A stretch of 64,000 nt of DNA from Euprymna scolopes (lineage: Eukaryota), in NCBI GenBank assembly GCA_053919585.1, contig CM132785.1; one strand, given 5' to 3'. The notes under the pieces were generated by a model. It worked only from the letters and a program-made list of their open reading frames with translations, was not told the DNA's origin and did no database searches. Positions 38,724-53,000 of the stretch are shown here, piece by piece. Position numbers and translations under genes: made by a program. Position 1 is the first letter of the stretch. Each line of letters begins with the position of its first letter.

Positions 38724-39861
38724 GGCCTTACAACCAATTTTGGAACAAGATATCAATTAATCCGCCTTTTTTTGTTATATGATATACGCTTTTTACCACT
38801 TAATTCAATTTCCTGTTTGAATTCTACTCATTGGTCTTGGATCGCTCGCATGATGTTAACATCCGCATTTAATTGATGTTTAAAGTCCTGGGTGTATTCA
38901 TCGTCATCGTCATTTAAAACTTTCAGAGCTTTTTTGTTTAATCTTTGTTTACTTCCATGTAAACAACTCATCCGATCCAAATGCATTCGACTAGAAGAAA
39001 ACGTGTAAATAAAAGAGACGCGCAGAAATTAAATTCCACTAAGGAAACCGCGAGAAGTTTATTGATTTTATTAAGATGTGAAGATTAATCCAGAAGACGA
39101 CTCAATACAAGCAGTCCGAAGAAATGTCGTTGAGAATCAATCGCATATGAATGTTTCTTTTGTAGTAGGAATTACATTTATTTTTTATTGATAAATTGCA
39201 ATATTGAAATTTATGTATGGTATATGCACAATGCGGAACGATCACCGCTTTATCTAATATTTTTTCAATCGACGATTATACTAGCCAATGGACTAAACGT
39301 TTTTGTCTTACAACCAGATTCAAATTCAATATGTTTAATACCATCCAAGATGTTCAGATCACATACAGCACCCGGTATTCAGGAATGGGTACCCGTTTTA
39401 TACTTCCCAATAAAAATGCCGCTTAACTTCTGTGATCTAACGAAAACCAGTGACTCACTGTGATCACGTCTATTATACTTTACACCGCTATTAATAACCT
39501 CCGAAAATGACTTTGCGCCATCATAAAATGGGTTTATCGTTGGTTTAGAAATACCATTGTTTTTGTTTTTTTTTTAAATTTAAGTTGCGATTAACCTATC
39601 CGTAATACAAGTTATTTCAGAATATTTCCAGAAGTCGTTCAGTTAGTATTCTCCATTGTCTTGCTGCTTATCTGTTTTAATCCTTAAAAATGTAGGATCT
39701 CTCAATTCTATGTTGGAAACACCATGCTTTTAGGGGTGAAAGAGATTAATTTATGCGATTTCATATAGTTGCTGTTCCTTCGAGCCTGTGTTATGTTATA
39801 TCTTTGTAATATTTTCATTTTAAATTACGTGCGGTTGCTTAGCTTTGGCAGTTTATGCGGG

Positions 39862-39920
<59 letters not shown>

Positions 39921-39923
<3 letters not shown>

Positions 39924-40494
39924 TTGGTTTCGTTTATCAACGTCTCTCTGGAAAGGGATGGGATTCATTTCCAGAGGATTTCCATCAACCCCGACTTTAA
40001 ACCACGAGCTTCGAAGATTAATGATTTTCCTAAGGATGTTGGTGGCACCTACAATTACAAAGGTCTGAAGGCCGCCTAAAACATCAGGAATTTGTAGTTT
40101 TCTCAATTGCCCTTCCAGACGACTTTATACTACTCCTAGTGTACAAACAAGGACCGGGATTATTTGTGTTTTAAGCCCGTGTATATATCTCCAAGGCCAA
40201 TGGATCATAATAGCTGCACTTCTCATTCTCCTTCTCTCTAACATTCCTGTCCAAGGGAACTGAAAAGTCTACAATCTGCCAGTTTTTGAGACCTTGTCAA
40301 TGACAACCAAATCTAGACAACCATGTTCCAATTGTTTGGTCGTTGTGACACTTTTTTCCCATCATGCCTCTACCTTTCCAGGAACTTCTCACTTCATCAG
40401 GCACCTCCTCAAACCATTTTTCAGCGCACTTCACCCCAACCCTCTTACACACCTCCCAATATATCCGGAGTCCCATGCGATCGTGTTTTTTGCG

Positions 40495-40541
<47 letters not shown>

Positions 40542-41727
40542 CCATTATACCCCGCTGCAAGGTGCGCAATTGACTCTGAGGTGTTACAACAAATCCGGCA
40601 TTCTGCAGCAACTTCATCTCCTAGAACCACTTTTTTAACAATCGTATTCCTAATGCCTGTTCTTGTGCTGCACAAACAAAGCTTCAGTAATCTTAGCCAG
40701 AAACCAAGCTCTTTATCAGCGACTTTTGCTATATCCTGGAATAACCTTCCATGCAGTTTCTTCCTAGCCAACTCCGCCGGCCTTTCTCTATCAATACGTT
40801 TCACATAATCAGCCTTGGGTTTACATACCTCCACTTCATTGGCAAGAACCTTAAACATCCATTCCTCACTTCAATCACATGTTCCTTTAAAGACATCTCC
40901 TCACACAATATTTTACACTTTTCAATCCTCTCCCACCGTCTTTCCTCTTTTGATACAGCCTTGCTGCGCTACTTCGAATGTGAAATATACCAAACATTGC
41001 TAAAACTTTTCTTTTTTTTTCCATGGCATGCAAATATACCAAACATTGCTAAAACTTTTCTTTTTTTTTCCATGGCATGCAAATCCTTGTCAGACCATTC
41101 AAAAGTTCCCGCACTGTATCTCAAAACACTGACTGCCCATGCATTCACTGCTTTCATTAGGTTTCTTCCATACAGTTTCGACTTTGCAATTAGTTTAACT
41201 CTTCTAAGATACTCCTTCCTGGCATTTTCCTTCCTATCTCTGTTCATGATGCCCACACCCTCCAATACTGGGAAGTACTGTATCTTCTATTTCTTTCATG
41301 ATTTCTCTATTTGGCAGAAATCATTCGAATGAACCTTTACTCCTCTTTCATCACCAGCACCGCGGATTTACTAATCCCAAACTCCATCCTAATGTCTTCT
41401 GTCCAATTATACCAGTCTGTCCATTTTCTTTTCATTTCTACCGATTATTTTCCAATCATCCATAAACAGCAGATAGCTGAGGCGTCTGTCACCATATCCA
41501 AAGTTATACCCCAGTTTTTCTCTCTTCAGAAGGCTGCTCAGTGGCATCATTATCATTACAAAGAAGTGGCGATAACGAATCTCCTTGGAATATTCCACGT
41601 TTAATGCCAACCTGCCCCATCTCTCCTCTGTTTGCTGTCAGAACGTTTTCCATCGAGCCATACTTGTCTCCAAAAGCTTTACCACATTCTCAGCAACTTT
41701 CATCATCAATAGTGCTTCACGCATCCA

Positions 41728-41730
<3 letters not shown>
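39921..41730 (-). mobile_element. 5'-truncated, degenerate R4/Dong-type non-LTR retrotransposon (RT plus CCHC plus restriction-like endonuclease)
   Basis: LLFMDD RT motif; KEYLRRVKLIAKSKLYGRNLMKAVNAWAVSVLRYSAG; CRIC..ESIAHLAAG..HD; decayed DLVVIDK..IVDFSVP endonuclease motif; C-terminus ..GATNILRKII; 3' end joins a (TAA)n tract. Confidence 0.8.
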
Positions 41731-41766
<36 letters not shown>

Positions 41767-41773
41767 TGTATAC

Positions 41774-41817
<44 letters not shown>

Positions 41818-42028
41818 ATCTTATAATATCTTATAAATCTATCAGTAACAAATGTAATATGTGTTCCAATAAAACGCCCTTTGGAGTGTAATAGTCTTTA
41901 CATACACCTCTTAGTGTTATATACTGGGTGATATTAAGATGACGTATATCTGTATTGTTGTTGTTGTTCGTCTTAGGAAGAGTCTTACAAAGGGTACATT
42001 CTACTACATGAGCACTCAATAGAGTGTT

Positions 42029-42471
42029 TGTTACGTTGTCGTATCATAAAGGATTGAGTGTTTGATTATCTTATCAGAGTTAATGTTCTTTGTAATGTTC
42101 TTATTTTCAACATACCTTCTGCCATTTTGTTGGTCCATCTGGAACATGAGACCGCTACCTGTTTTTTGGGACGAAGATGTATTTCACTCCAAGACAAGAA
42201 ATTGGTTCTATAGTTTTTTTATTCACCTACCAGATCGGTCGCAGAAGAATGGAAATTGAATTTGGCATGTGTGGTTTGTTCTTCTAGGTCTTATTTCTAC
42301 CATGTCAGCGTTCGCCCCCCCCCCAGCGAAGGGGAGGAGATAACGGCCAATCTGCCCGCTCTCTTCTAAGTTCCAACCCAATCTCCCCGATTCAGCTAAC
42401 CTGATCACATGACTCACACGCAATCCGATCAGCTGATCTTGACTTCCGGTCAACGTGTCTACACTATAACA
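42029..42471 (-). repeat. Possible orphan LTR
   Basis: TGTTA...TAACA termini, purine tract (gagagagcgggaggagtg on minus) immediately upstream, AATAAA on minus. No TSD and no second copy. Confidence 0.35.
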
Positions 42472-44160
42472 CACTCCTCCCGCTCTCTCTTTCTTGATCC
42501 TTTCTATAACATTAGCATGTTCGAATAAAGTGCCAAAACCGTTTATAAAATCATGCCTCCTTAGCTTGCATTAGTTAAACCAAGGAAAAAACTTAATAGA
42601 ATAGAAAAAAAATATTGTTATTCACTTACATATAAAAATCAATAGTCACTTTTTTGTTATTTGTTTCTACCTGAACGATCTTCTAAAGTAAAAACGTCGC
42701 GCTTGTCAAACAAGCAAAGGAGTAAACGGACGCAAACACAGATTGAATTAAGACATATTTATTTAACACTTGACTACCTTGACCGTTGGGTCAGTATCTT
42801 ATATTAGCTATGGAATTCATTTATGAGCGTGACACTTGCGACGTAAAGAAAATAGTTTTTTTTTTACATGGCAGAAGCATTTCTATGAAAGAATATTAAA
42901 ATGAAAAATCACGGACGGATCAGTCAAACATGAAATAAAAATTCTCCCTATTCATGTAAAGTTACCTACTTTTTCGAATAATCGCTAAAAAATCTCAAAT
43001 TAAACGTGATTTTCCTAAGAATCGAACGCCGACAAAAGTCATTTAGCAGCAAAAACGCACTCATGCAAACTATAAGATGAAAACCCCCTATTGGAATCCT
43101 TCAACCAAGTTATAGAAACTTAAAATCTAAAAAAAAAAAAAAATTAATAAAATCTTAAGCAAAAAATAAAACCTAATAAATAAAATAAAATAAAACTAAT
43201 ATTGGAACAGATTAGTAACTGTGTCAACAAATTCACCGTTTTCACACAACTATTTTGTTTCTAGAAATGTAAATAAAAAATAAAAAATGAAGGAAAAAAG
43301 GAAGGAAAAAGGACGGATAGAGAGTAATAATATTATTATTATTATTAGTAGTAGTAGTAGTAGTAGTAATACTACTACTACTAGTAGTAGTAGGCTTGAC
43401 TTTACTACAAGTGTTCTTATGTTTGTCACCGGGTTAAAGTGGTTTAGTTGTAAGAAAATAGCGACTGTATGGTTGTAATGAAGAATAGTTGCAAAATACT
43501 CCCACTCTTCTCATGTTTAATAATAATTTCGAAATAATAACGTTTATATTTGTGTGCGCATGTAAAAATCTGCAAACGAAGCCATTTGTGTCTATTCGTT
43601 TACGTTATTATGGGTTAATATTTATGCGTGCATGCGCAGGCGGATGTCGTACACCGGAAAGTGGGTTACATCACTTCTTACAAGGTTATTTGAGTTTTAT
43701 AATTATATAGATTATCGGAAAAAACCAGCTTACAAATCTGCAACCTGAACTTATATTCGAAAATACAATCGTATATATCACTATTTATTCAAATAACCTA
43801 ATACAACATTCTATATTTATTTTCCTGACACTGCCTGAGTAAGTTATATTCGCATTAATCGAGTATACTGCCTCGACAGAGTTTGACAGCTATTTTTCAG
43901 TAGAGAACGGCCTAGCATGTGTCGATCTGTGGGGTTGTTATGTGTAATTCTACGAGGTCCACCCTCACGGGTCGTTTCCTTTCGTTAATTGCTTGCGGAA
44001 ACCCGGCCGAAAAGTTTTGACGGGGCTATCAGAATTTTTTTTACAAGGGAAAAGTGCCAAAGTGCTCTTTCGCCTTGGCTCAACTCGTTCATCTTCCGAC
44101 CTTGTGCAACATCCATTTTTGTGAGAAGGAAGTTTATGCCAACAACTATATATGTATACA

Positions 44161-44218
<58 letters not shown>

Positions 44219-44949
44219 CATACATACAAGTAATCAATATTTTCCTATGGCATTCCTATTGGTTTCTCTAACTAAATATACATATTAAAATATACTTTTT
44301 GTATTGCATTACGTCAAACTGTTGATGTAATTAATAATTAACAAGTCACATGTCTGTCAGTTAGTTTTACAGGCATTTCTATAGCCCTCACACTTACTAT
44401 GTTTATCTACATAATCTCCAATATGTTGTAATTTCTCTGAAAGCTCTTAGATAAAATAGTGTTTTTATTTTTACATCTTCATGTGTTATTTGTATGCATG
44501 CGAATTTGAACGCAACACATACTACTTATATACATTAGATCACAAAATAGTATTTACTTATTTTTGTCGTGTCCTGGAATAGAAAATGTAATAGTCGAAA
44601 TGTACCATTATGATTTCAAAACTTACTCTTCTTCAGATTTTTTCATGTGCCTTTACTTCCGAATTCTTCGCTTTAGAATATATTACCAGACATTAGATAC
44701 TACTCATATATAACAGAAACATTGGAAACATTGTTGGGTTTTAGATTCGTTTAATCGTTACACAAATCAAATAAAACCGTTTGAAAATGAATGAAACTAT
44801 GTATGAAAAAATTCCACGATACTAGTGTATGAAAAAAAAACACACACATTTGGTATAATACATTTTAGGGTATGATATTTCCTCGGTTAAAGACCAAGGG
44901 TTTACACATGATCGCTTTAATTACGTGGGTTGTTACTCTAGTTACATAA

Positions 44950-45640
44950 TAAAAACACGTGAAGCCTGCATGATCCCCTGTGAGTGCACAGTAGAAGAAC
45001 CATAAAAAAGACTAAGTTCAGCATTTGTCGCCCCCATTTTGCCCCAAATGATCCCGGTTATGTCAAATCCTGGTGAAAATGAACAAATGATGCAGTTTAA
45101 TGTCTCAACATATGTAAATTAGAGTTCTGCACTATGCAAAAAAAAAAATGACTAAGTTCGTCATTGCGCCCCCCCCAATTTACCTCCAAAAGTCTCAAAG
45201 GTCTTAACATATTTAAATTTTAGTTTAGCACCATGCAAAACTGCTAAAAAGACATACAAAGAAAAATTTGGACAAATATGGTAAAATACTCCTAAAAATG
45301 GGGTGTTTGATTAGCCTTAAAAGAGCCCCAAGAGTTATCGCAAAGTATAGACAAAGAAAATTATATAGATGTCAGTTAGTTACAATCTTTTGTTTTGATA
45401 TAAGCACACAAGTGTTAATTGTAGACATTTTAATCCGAAAGACACCCTTACGAAGCCAACCGAATTTTTTCCCCGGGAAATCTGTTCTGCTACATTTTTA
45501 CTCATATCAGGTTTAATAGTTGTGCAAAATTTCAACAAATTCCAAGGCGTAGTTATTGAGAAAAGTGAGGATCGACGAACGGACGAGCGGACAAGTGTTA
45601 ATTTGCAGGTCAACCCTCCTTTGTCGAGGGACTAATAATT
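44950..45640 (+). mobile_element. Possible DINE-1/Helentron-like non-autonomous element
   Basis: Internal duplicated gactaagttc..ccccc motifs, (GGAC)-like tract near 45575-45592, terminal stem-loop ccctc-ctttgtc-gaggg followed by an A/T-rich end. Left boundary approximate. Confidence 0.4.
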
Positions 45641-46212
45641 TTCAGGTGGATTACTAATCTGAAGGAGCAGCCGGCATTATCCAAAAATTAATCGAACACA
45701 AATGTGTACTTCTGTTTCAAGCCATATACCCTATAATCGATTTCACATTATTACTTCATATTTCTATAAAATAAGATGAAACACACATAAATGGTGCCTT
45801 TCTTGTTATGACGATTGTGCGAGAGCGGAGATCCTACGATATTATTGTGTCATCTTTGTTACAAAATAAGCACTTCCTCTAAATATTTAGGTGGAACTAT
45901 TTCCAAATATGTCTGTTCATGTAGATTTATCAGCTTGTAGTTTTGTGCAACATTGTTAACTTGCATTCATCTTCACTGCGAACGCATGTTCTACTTTATT
46001 CTATTTTGTTTAACATTAAAACATTTATCTAAGTACATTTCTTATGATGTTTCACTATCTATATTGTTATCGAGGCCTACTATCCATAACAACCATGTAT
46101 GTGCTTGAGGCATATTCCCATAATATGATTCGATAATTTAAGTTCTCTGCTGCAGCTATTGGCAGTGTGAAATTCTAAGATCACTATCTTAGAATTTCAC
46201 ACTGCCAATAGC

Positions 46213-46400
46213 ATGGATGTGCGACAAAAGCCGAGATACCTTATTGAGTTCTACAATGCAAAAAATATTGAAACGATCAACATTAAACGGCGCCTGTTGA
46301 TCGTCTATCAAACAGACAAAGCAAATGTCAGCACAGGAGATGGGTTAGTCGATTTTTTAGGATAGCAACATGGAGATGTGAATGAGAAAGTGCGATTTCG
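46213..46400 (+). pseudogene. Mariner transposase N-terminal (HTH) remnant
   Basis: MDVRQKPRYLIEFYNAKNIETINIKRRLLIVY..NVST..RWV.RF resembles the mariner N-terminus (R.VIEFL..IH.RL..VYG..V..STVRRWV.RF). Confidence 0.55.
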
Positions 46401-46951
46401 ATTTTATCGTAATGACATCATAAGAGGCTGTGAAGTACATTGGAAACAGTGGTGACTATGTAGACAATTAAATTCTTTACATCTCTGCTTCGTGGCTTTT
46501 CAATGTAATCTTTTTTTAGTCGAACGACCCAAGTAGATTCAGAATACATCTTCTCATGTAGGTTTATTACGACATGAATTGTAATGGTTTGCAAGTTCAG
46601 TGCGAGCACTACTCCGATGATACCATCCTCCAGCATTACTTAATAAAGTAAAGTATAAGATAAAAGCAAATTTCCAAAAAGTTTTTTTTTTAATTTTTTT
46701 CGTTCCAGGATGAAGCGAATCTGAAACATGGATGCATTGATATGCAGTACGGATAGTTCTGGGGCCAATTCATCAGACTTGATACTTCAAATAAAAAAGT
46801 ATAAACTATTTGCTTCCTCTCTTCATATATCTCTTCCTTACCCTTGCTTACGTATCCCTATCTTTTCCTCCTCTTTTCTCTCTATTTTCCTGTCTCTTCC
46901 CCTTTCTATATCTGTCTATACCTTATTTATATATTTTTCTTGTATGTATAT

Positions 46952-47003
<52 letters not shown>

Positions 47004-47004
<1 letters not shown>

Positions 47005-48258
47005 GAGGGGCGTGCCATAAGTATTGTCCCTGACCCACTTCCAGTTGTCTGATCTAGCTGAAATTTTGCATGTTATGTGGCAAATTACAGCTCTGAACAA
47101 ATTGTGGTTTCTGTTTTACAGGTGTTTGAACTGAGTCAGGTATGAAATGGAGACTGTTGAATGTCGAGCAGTGATCCGCTTTTTGTATTTGATGGGCGCG
47201 CACTACAGGAGACATTTGATGAAATGAAAGAAACTTATGGTGATAATGCCCCATCATATGACCTTGTAAAACTCTGGCATCGTGAATTCAAACATGATCG
47301 GAAATCTGTAAAAACAGCTCCAAGATCTGGTCGCCACCCTTCTGCAATTGATGAGGCATCTGTCCGTCAAGTTTGGGGTGCCATTTTGGAAGATCGGTGC
47401 ATTACTATTCGCCAAATAGCCCAAGATGTCAAGATTAGTACAGGGTCTGGGGAAATTATCATTTATGATCATTTGCATATACATAAGGTGTCTGCCAGAT
47501 GGATTCCCAGGTTGCAGAAGCGAGAACGGGTCGAGTGTTCGAGGATGAATTTGGTGATGTGCCAACATGATGAGTCAAAGTTTTTCAAAAGACAAATCAC
47601 ACAGGATGAAACCTGGGTCCATCACTATGATCCAGAGACAAAAGCCCAGTCAATGCAGTCGAAGCACTTGGATTCACCACCTCCAAAGAAAGCAAGGGTG
47701 CAACACTCCGCTGACAAGGTCATGCTTACAATGTTCTGAGACCAGGACAGAGTAGTGATGACAGATTTCCTAGCATAGGATACCACAATTACAGGAATCA
47801 ATTCTGCTTCACTTTTGAGGAAATTAAGGGAAGCTATCAAAATCAAGAGGCAGGACAAGATCAGCAAATACACCCTCCTCCTGCAGGACAACGAGCCGGT
47901 CCACAACTCGCATGTCGCCAGATCAGAAGCACTGGCGTGTGGTTATGAAATCCTCTCCCATCCTCCCTACTCTCCTGACCTTGCACCGTATGATTTTCAT
48001 CTCTTCCTTGCCATACAGTTGTTTTTGAAAGGAAAGCGTTTCCCATATGATGCATCCTTGATTCATGAAGTCACGTCGTGGAGGGAGGACCAACCTGGGG
48101 TGTTCTACAAAAACGGTCTCCAGAGCTGTATCAAGCGATGGGAGAAATGCGTAACTCTGGACGATTCCTCTGTAGAGAAAGACTAATAATTGTGCCATGT
48201 TTCGTTGCTTTACTGTTATTGGAAGTGGGTCAGGGACATTACTTATTGCACGCCCCTC

Positions 48259-48259
<1 letters not shown>
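47004..48259 (+). mobile_element. Full-length (1256 bp) mariner element, inactive, inserted in (TA)n
   Basis: 40-bp TIRs (47004-47043 / 48220-48259, 2 mismatches); TA flanks. Confidence 0.97.
47147..48186 (+). pseudogene. DD34D mariner transposase pseudogene (probably irritans-like)
   Basis: WIPRL, TQDETWVHHYDPETK, LQDNEPVH and HPPYSPDLAPYDF motifs; early frameshift and stops at ~47737 and ~47771. Confidence 0.93.
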
Positions 48260-48325
<66 letters not shown>

Positions 48326-48550
48326 CTCTCATGATCCTATTGTGGGATATAATTTTGTTCAAAATCAATTACGGAAAATAATACAAAACGCGGCTTATTC
48401 CGAATCTAATGATAAGGAAAATGTTTCCTTACAGACGAACTCGGTAAAAACAACGAGATGAATGTGCTTATAGGCGATTATCAGAGTTAACATTTCCAAG
48501 CATTAGGTTGTGCGACTTTTATTATATGCAAAATTAGTACAACTCCATAT

Positions 48551-49215
48551 ATAGCAAAATTACCCGTCGTTGACTGGGTTCAAAAACAGCCTACAGAAAA
48601 TGGACTCTGATTTATGAAAGTATGATAGGTTATGAAAAGGAAGAGTTGTAAAGAGATAGATTCGAATTCAGAGGTATCAAAACCAAAGCAAAATATGATG
48701 AAAGTAAAAATAAAATAGAGAACCCCATAATTTGTTATACCATATATGTTCACATTGAAACACTTATCACAATATTCTGTGGATCTATATTAAAAACCTT
48801 GTTAAACTTTGTGACATATTTCCATTCTATGGAGGCCAGGCGCGAACGCAGACCCCACAATTTAATTATACCATCCCTATATTAAAATATACTTATTAAC
48901 GTAAAAAAAAAAACATTAAAATATACTTATTAACATTAAAATATACTTATTAACGTAGAAAAAAAAACACTTGTAGACGTTGTTTTTTAATTTTTAATAT
49001 TTTTAATTCCATACTTTGTGGACCACGCGCGAACGCAGATCTCACAATTTTAATGAACCACCGTTTTGCAGGATCGAACATACCCATTCCTGTGTCTCGA
49101 TACATCTTCTATCATAATATGTAATCATTTTTTTAAATAGTCAATCATATAGGATCCTAATTGCGACCAGACACGCACACACGCACACACACACACATTC
49201 AGCTTTATATCATAT
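48551..49215 (-). mobile_element. Probable non-autonomous Helitron remnant
   Basis: Hairpin acccgtcgttgactgggt near a CTAG-like end at ~48551, and cacacattcagctttatat at the other end; same layout as 34523-35125. Confidence 0.45.
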
Positions 49216-49338
49216 ATGTATATATATATATATATGCATACACAAAACACGCTCATATATATAATTTATGTGAATAAATGAATTAGTTATACATACATAT
49301 ATATATATATAATATACGTAATATATGTATATATATAT

Positions 49339-49518
49339 AAGCCTGAGGAATCGTAGAGTGGATGAAACGCGGAATATTCAGTGTAGCTTAATCGCCATAT
49401 ATTTTATAACTTACTACCTGGCTCTACCTATGTATCGAGCAATGTTGAAGTAAATACTTAAAGTTTACGCATGAATTTATACTTCCGTATGTTAATTTAT
49501 GTGAATAAATGAATTAGT

Positions 49519-49520
<2 letters not shown>
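49339..49520 (+). repeat. Copy of the hammerhead-like dispersed repeat (see 30225-30408)
   Basis: CTGAGGA(49343)-atc-gtagagtg-gat-GAAAC(49364) followed by the same downstream sequence. Confidence 0.7.
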
Positions 49521-49602
<82 letters not shown>

Positions 49603-50048
49603 ATCACGTTATATTGAACAAAGAGTTCTTTTTCCGATATTTCTGGATATCTTTTCCATTCACCCAGCAGTTTTTTTTTTCAGCTGGTTTGGTATAGAAT
49701 GGCACGCATACGTTGTTGTTGTTGTTATTCAGTCATATTCTTCTCAAGCGCTTTCTATAGTTAGTTTTGTCACAAATGACAGCTGAAATAAAAAAGACTA
49801 CTCGGACAATGAAAAATATATCCAGAAAAATCGGAAAAAAAGAACTCTGTTGTGTTAAATCAGACGTGCTCGAATAATGACTTTCTGTCAATATATATTG
49901 TGTCAATATATATTGTGTGTGTGTGTATATATAAATACATGTATATATATATATATGTATATATGGTTATTTTCCTGTGTATGTTAGTTAGTTCCCCATG
50001 AACTCAGAAACGGCTGAGTTCATTTTTTAGACTTCTTTCGAAGGTAAT

Positions 50049-53000
50049 TGTTGTGGAGACGCCCACTAATTAGCATACGTGGTAGCACAGATATAGATAA
50101 AGGTATAAGGTCAGCAAGACCGGGGAGCTGTGTTCGAACGCCGGATAGGCAAGACGCATGTGCCGATTTCTTCATGAAAGACTTTAACGCGCCCTCTGCC
50201 GGACAATCTTCTAACTGCAGTACAACTGCACCTTTGTAAATATGTATTACCTTTTCTTCTTAATATATTTGTTTTACCTTTACTTTCTGTGTTCGTGTTG
50301 TTACAGTAGCGACGGGATTTCGAAAAAAGATTTACGCGTGAGAAAATACACTATCAAACTCAACAGTGGTATTCGGGAAATACTTACTCGTCAAAGATTG
50401 AAAAGAAAATCACTCGGAAATTCAATGTTTAAAAAACAGCAACTACGAAATTGTCACCAAGATTTTTTTTGTGACTACTTGAAAAGGAAATTCAAAACCC
50501 GTTACACTTGAAAAAAAATAAAATAAAACAGCAAGCACGTTATTTCAAAGTGCCCACGGAAAAAAAAATTGAAAGTTGCAGTAACCCTTTCTGCAAAGTC
50601 CACACAAAAAAGAGTGTTTCGCTAGGATACCGTGAACTTATTAGGTAGACGGTTGTGAAAGAAAAAGTGATTTTTTTTCTTTCTTGTACGTAATTAATAA
50701 CGTAACAAAAGGTATCGGTCGTTCGTAGTTATTAAAGAAAGGAAATTGTAAAAGTGACTGATTTACTAATTTGAAAAACAAAATGGAGGATTTCATCAAG
50801 TTATTCGCGGAAATGCAAATGCGTCAACAAGAAAGAGACGAAGTACCGAAAAAAAGAACTACAAGAAAGAGACGAAAGACAACAAGAAAGAGACGAAAGA
50901 CAGAATGAATGGCTTCTTAAATGTATAGAGCAAATGCAACTTGGTCAAAAAAATTTGTTGGAAAGATTAACGACTAATGCTGCACAGGAAAGCAATACGA
51001 CTTTTTCCAACGCAACAATTGTGAATAGCATAGATTTGTTCACATACCTACCAGAAGAGGATAAAACCTTTAAGGCATACTTTAAGAGGTGTGAAGATAT
51101 TTTCGAAACAGATTGGAAAGCTGTTCAAACGCAAAGAAAGTAAGTTTATTACTTCGAAAGCTTGGTACCAGTGAACATGGCAAATTTGTTGATTTCATAT
51201 TGCCAAGGAGAACGAATTAGTTAGACTTCGCTGAGACCGTAAATCTTCTTAAGGAGTTATTCGAACCGAACATGTCTCTTTTTCACAAGAGATGGTCGTG
51301 TATGAACCTTAAGAAAACGGAAGAACGTGACTACCTGACATATGCGTCAGTAGTGAATAAACACTGCGACAATTTTAAATTATCGGAACTTACAGTGGAC
51401 GACTTTTAATGTTTTATTTTTGCACAGGGGCTAGTTTCTACAAAATATTCAGAGATCCGAAGACGCGTTCTCTCAAAATTAGAGAAAGAACAAGGTCTGA
51501 CACTGCAAATGTTAGCAGACTCCAGAGATATAGAAGAAACAGGAGTGTCGCACATAAGGAAGATTAAAAAATCTGGCTGAAACGCATGGCAAAGAAAGTG
51601 GGAGACTCGTCAAAATCCAACAGATTACGCGAGTTATAAATACTCAAACTCTAATTACAGAAAACGAAATTACGATTCAATTCAAAGAAACTATAAAAAA
51701 TCATGACCAAGTAATGATTGCGGCAGATGTGATGAAAAACATTGGGGAAAGGATTGTCCTTACAAAAATATCAGATGCTTCAATTGCGACAAAGTCGGAC
51801 ATAAGAGTATTTGTTGCAGAACAAAATATAGAGTACACCAACTGAGAACAAACGAAAAAGAAAAAGACAATTTACGAAAATATGTGTTGGTTAATATTTT
51901 CGGCAAACAAATAAAAGATAAACTTGATTCTGGAGCAGATTTGTCGGTAATAAACGCTAGCACTTGGAAAAAACTGGATAAACCGATTCTGAAAAAGTCA
52001 AGTAAGGGTGCTAGAACGGTGACAGGAGACGAAATCACATTCGGAGAAGTCCGCCTGCCCATTAATTTTTATGGCACGGCGAAGAAATAGAAAATCTTCG
52101 TAATTAAAGAAAGCGCGAATTTATTGGGAACAGATTTTGTTGAAAAATTCAATCTTTGGGATAAACCGATGAACGCTTTTTGTAAAAAAATAACCAGCTG
52201 CACCACAACGTCAGAAAATATTAAAAATAACTAAAGAACGAATTCCCAGAAATATTTACTATGGGACTGGGAAGATGTAATAAATGTAAAGCTTCGTTCG
52301 AGCTAAAAAAAAAAAAAAAGGATACAACATCAGTATTTAAGAAAATCGCCGGATTAGACAAAATAGATAGCGAGTTAGATAGACTTGAAAGAACGGGCAT
52401 TTTATCGAAAATCGAAACTAGCGTTTGGGCAGCGCCTACGGTGTACGTAAAGAAGAAATCGGAACAAATTCGAGTCTGCAGAGATTTTTCAACTGGGTAA
52501 AATAATATGCTACAAGATCACCATTACCCTTTGCCAAGCCGGGAGAGATTTTTGCCAAACTAAATGGTGAGACAATTCTTTCAAAAGTAGATTTGTCCGA
52601 CGCCTATTTACAAATTCCGATAGAAGAAAAATGCTGAAAGATTATATGCATTAAAACACATAAAGGGTTATTCAAGTATAACCGATTACCGTTCGGATAA
52701 ACGTCGCGCCGGCGATATTTCAGCAAGCGATGGACACAATGTTGAACGGTTTAGATTGTGCTTGTACATACCTGGATGACATAATCATAAAGAGCGAGTC
52801 CATAAGTGAACATATAGAGCATTTAAAACAAGTGTTCACAATAATAAACGAGTACGGATTAAAGGTGAAAGAAAACAAATGTGAGTTTTGTCTAGACGAA
52901 ATCAAGTATTTAGGGCAAATAATAAGTAAAGATGGTCGACGCCCTGATCCAGAAAAAGCGATAGCAATAAGGAACATACCAGCACCACATAAGGTGACGA

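Noticed and set aside
49605-49870. Imperfect ~45-60 bp inverted repeat (49617-49660 versus 49808-49852)
   Set aside because: Many mismatches and no TSD; probably an old MITE or Penelope fragment, too weak to classify.
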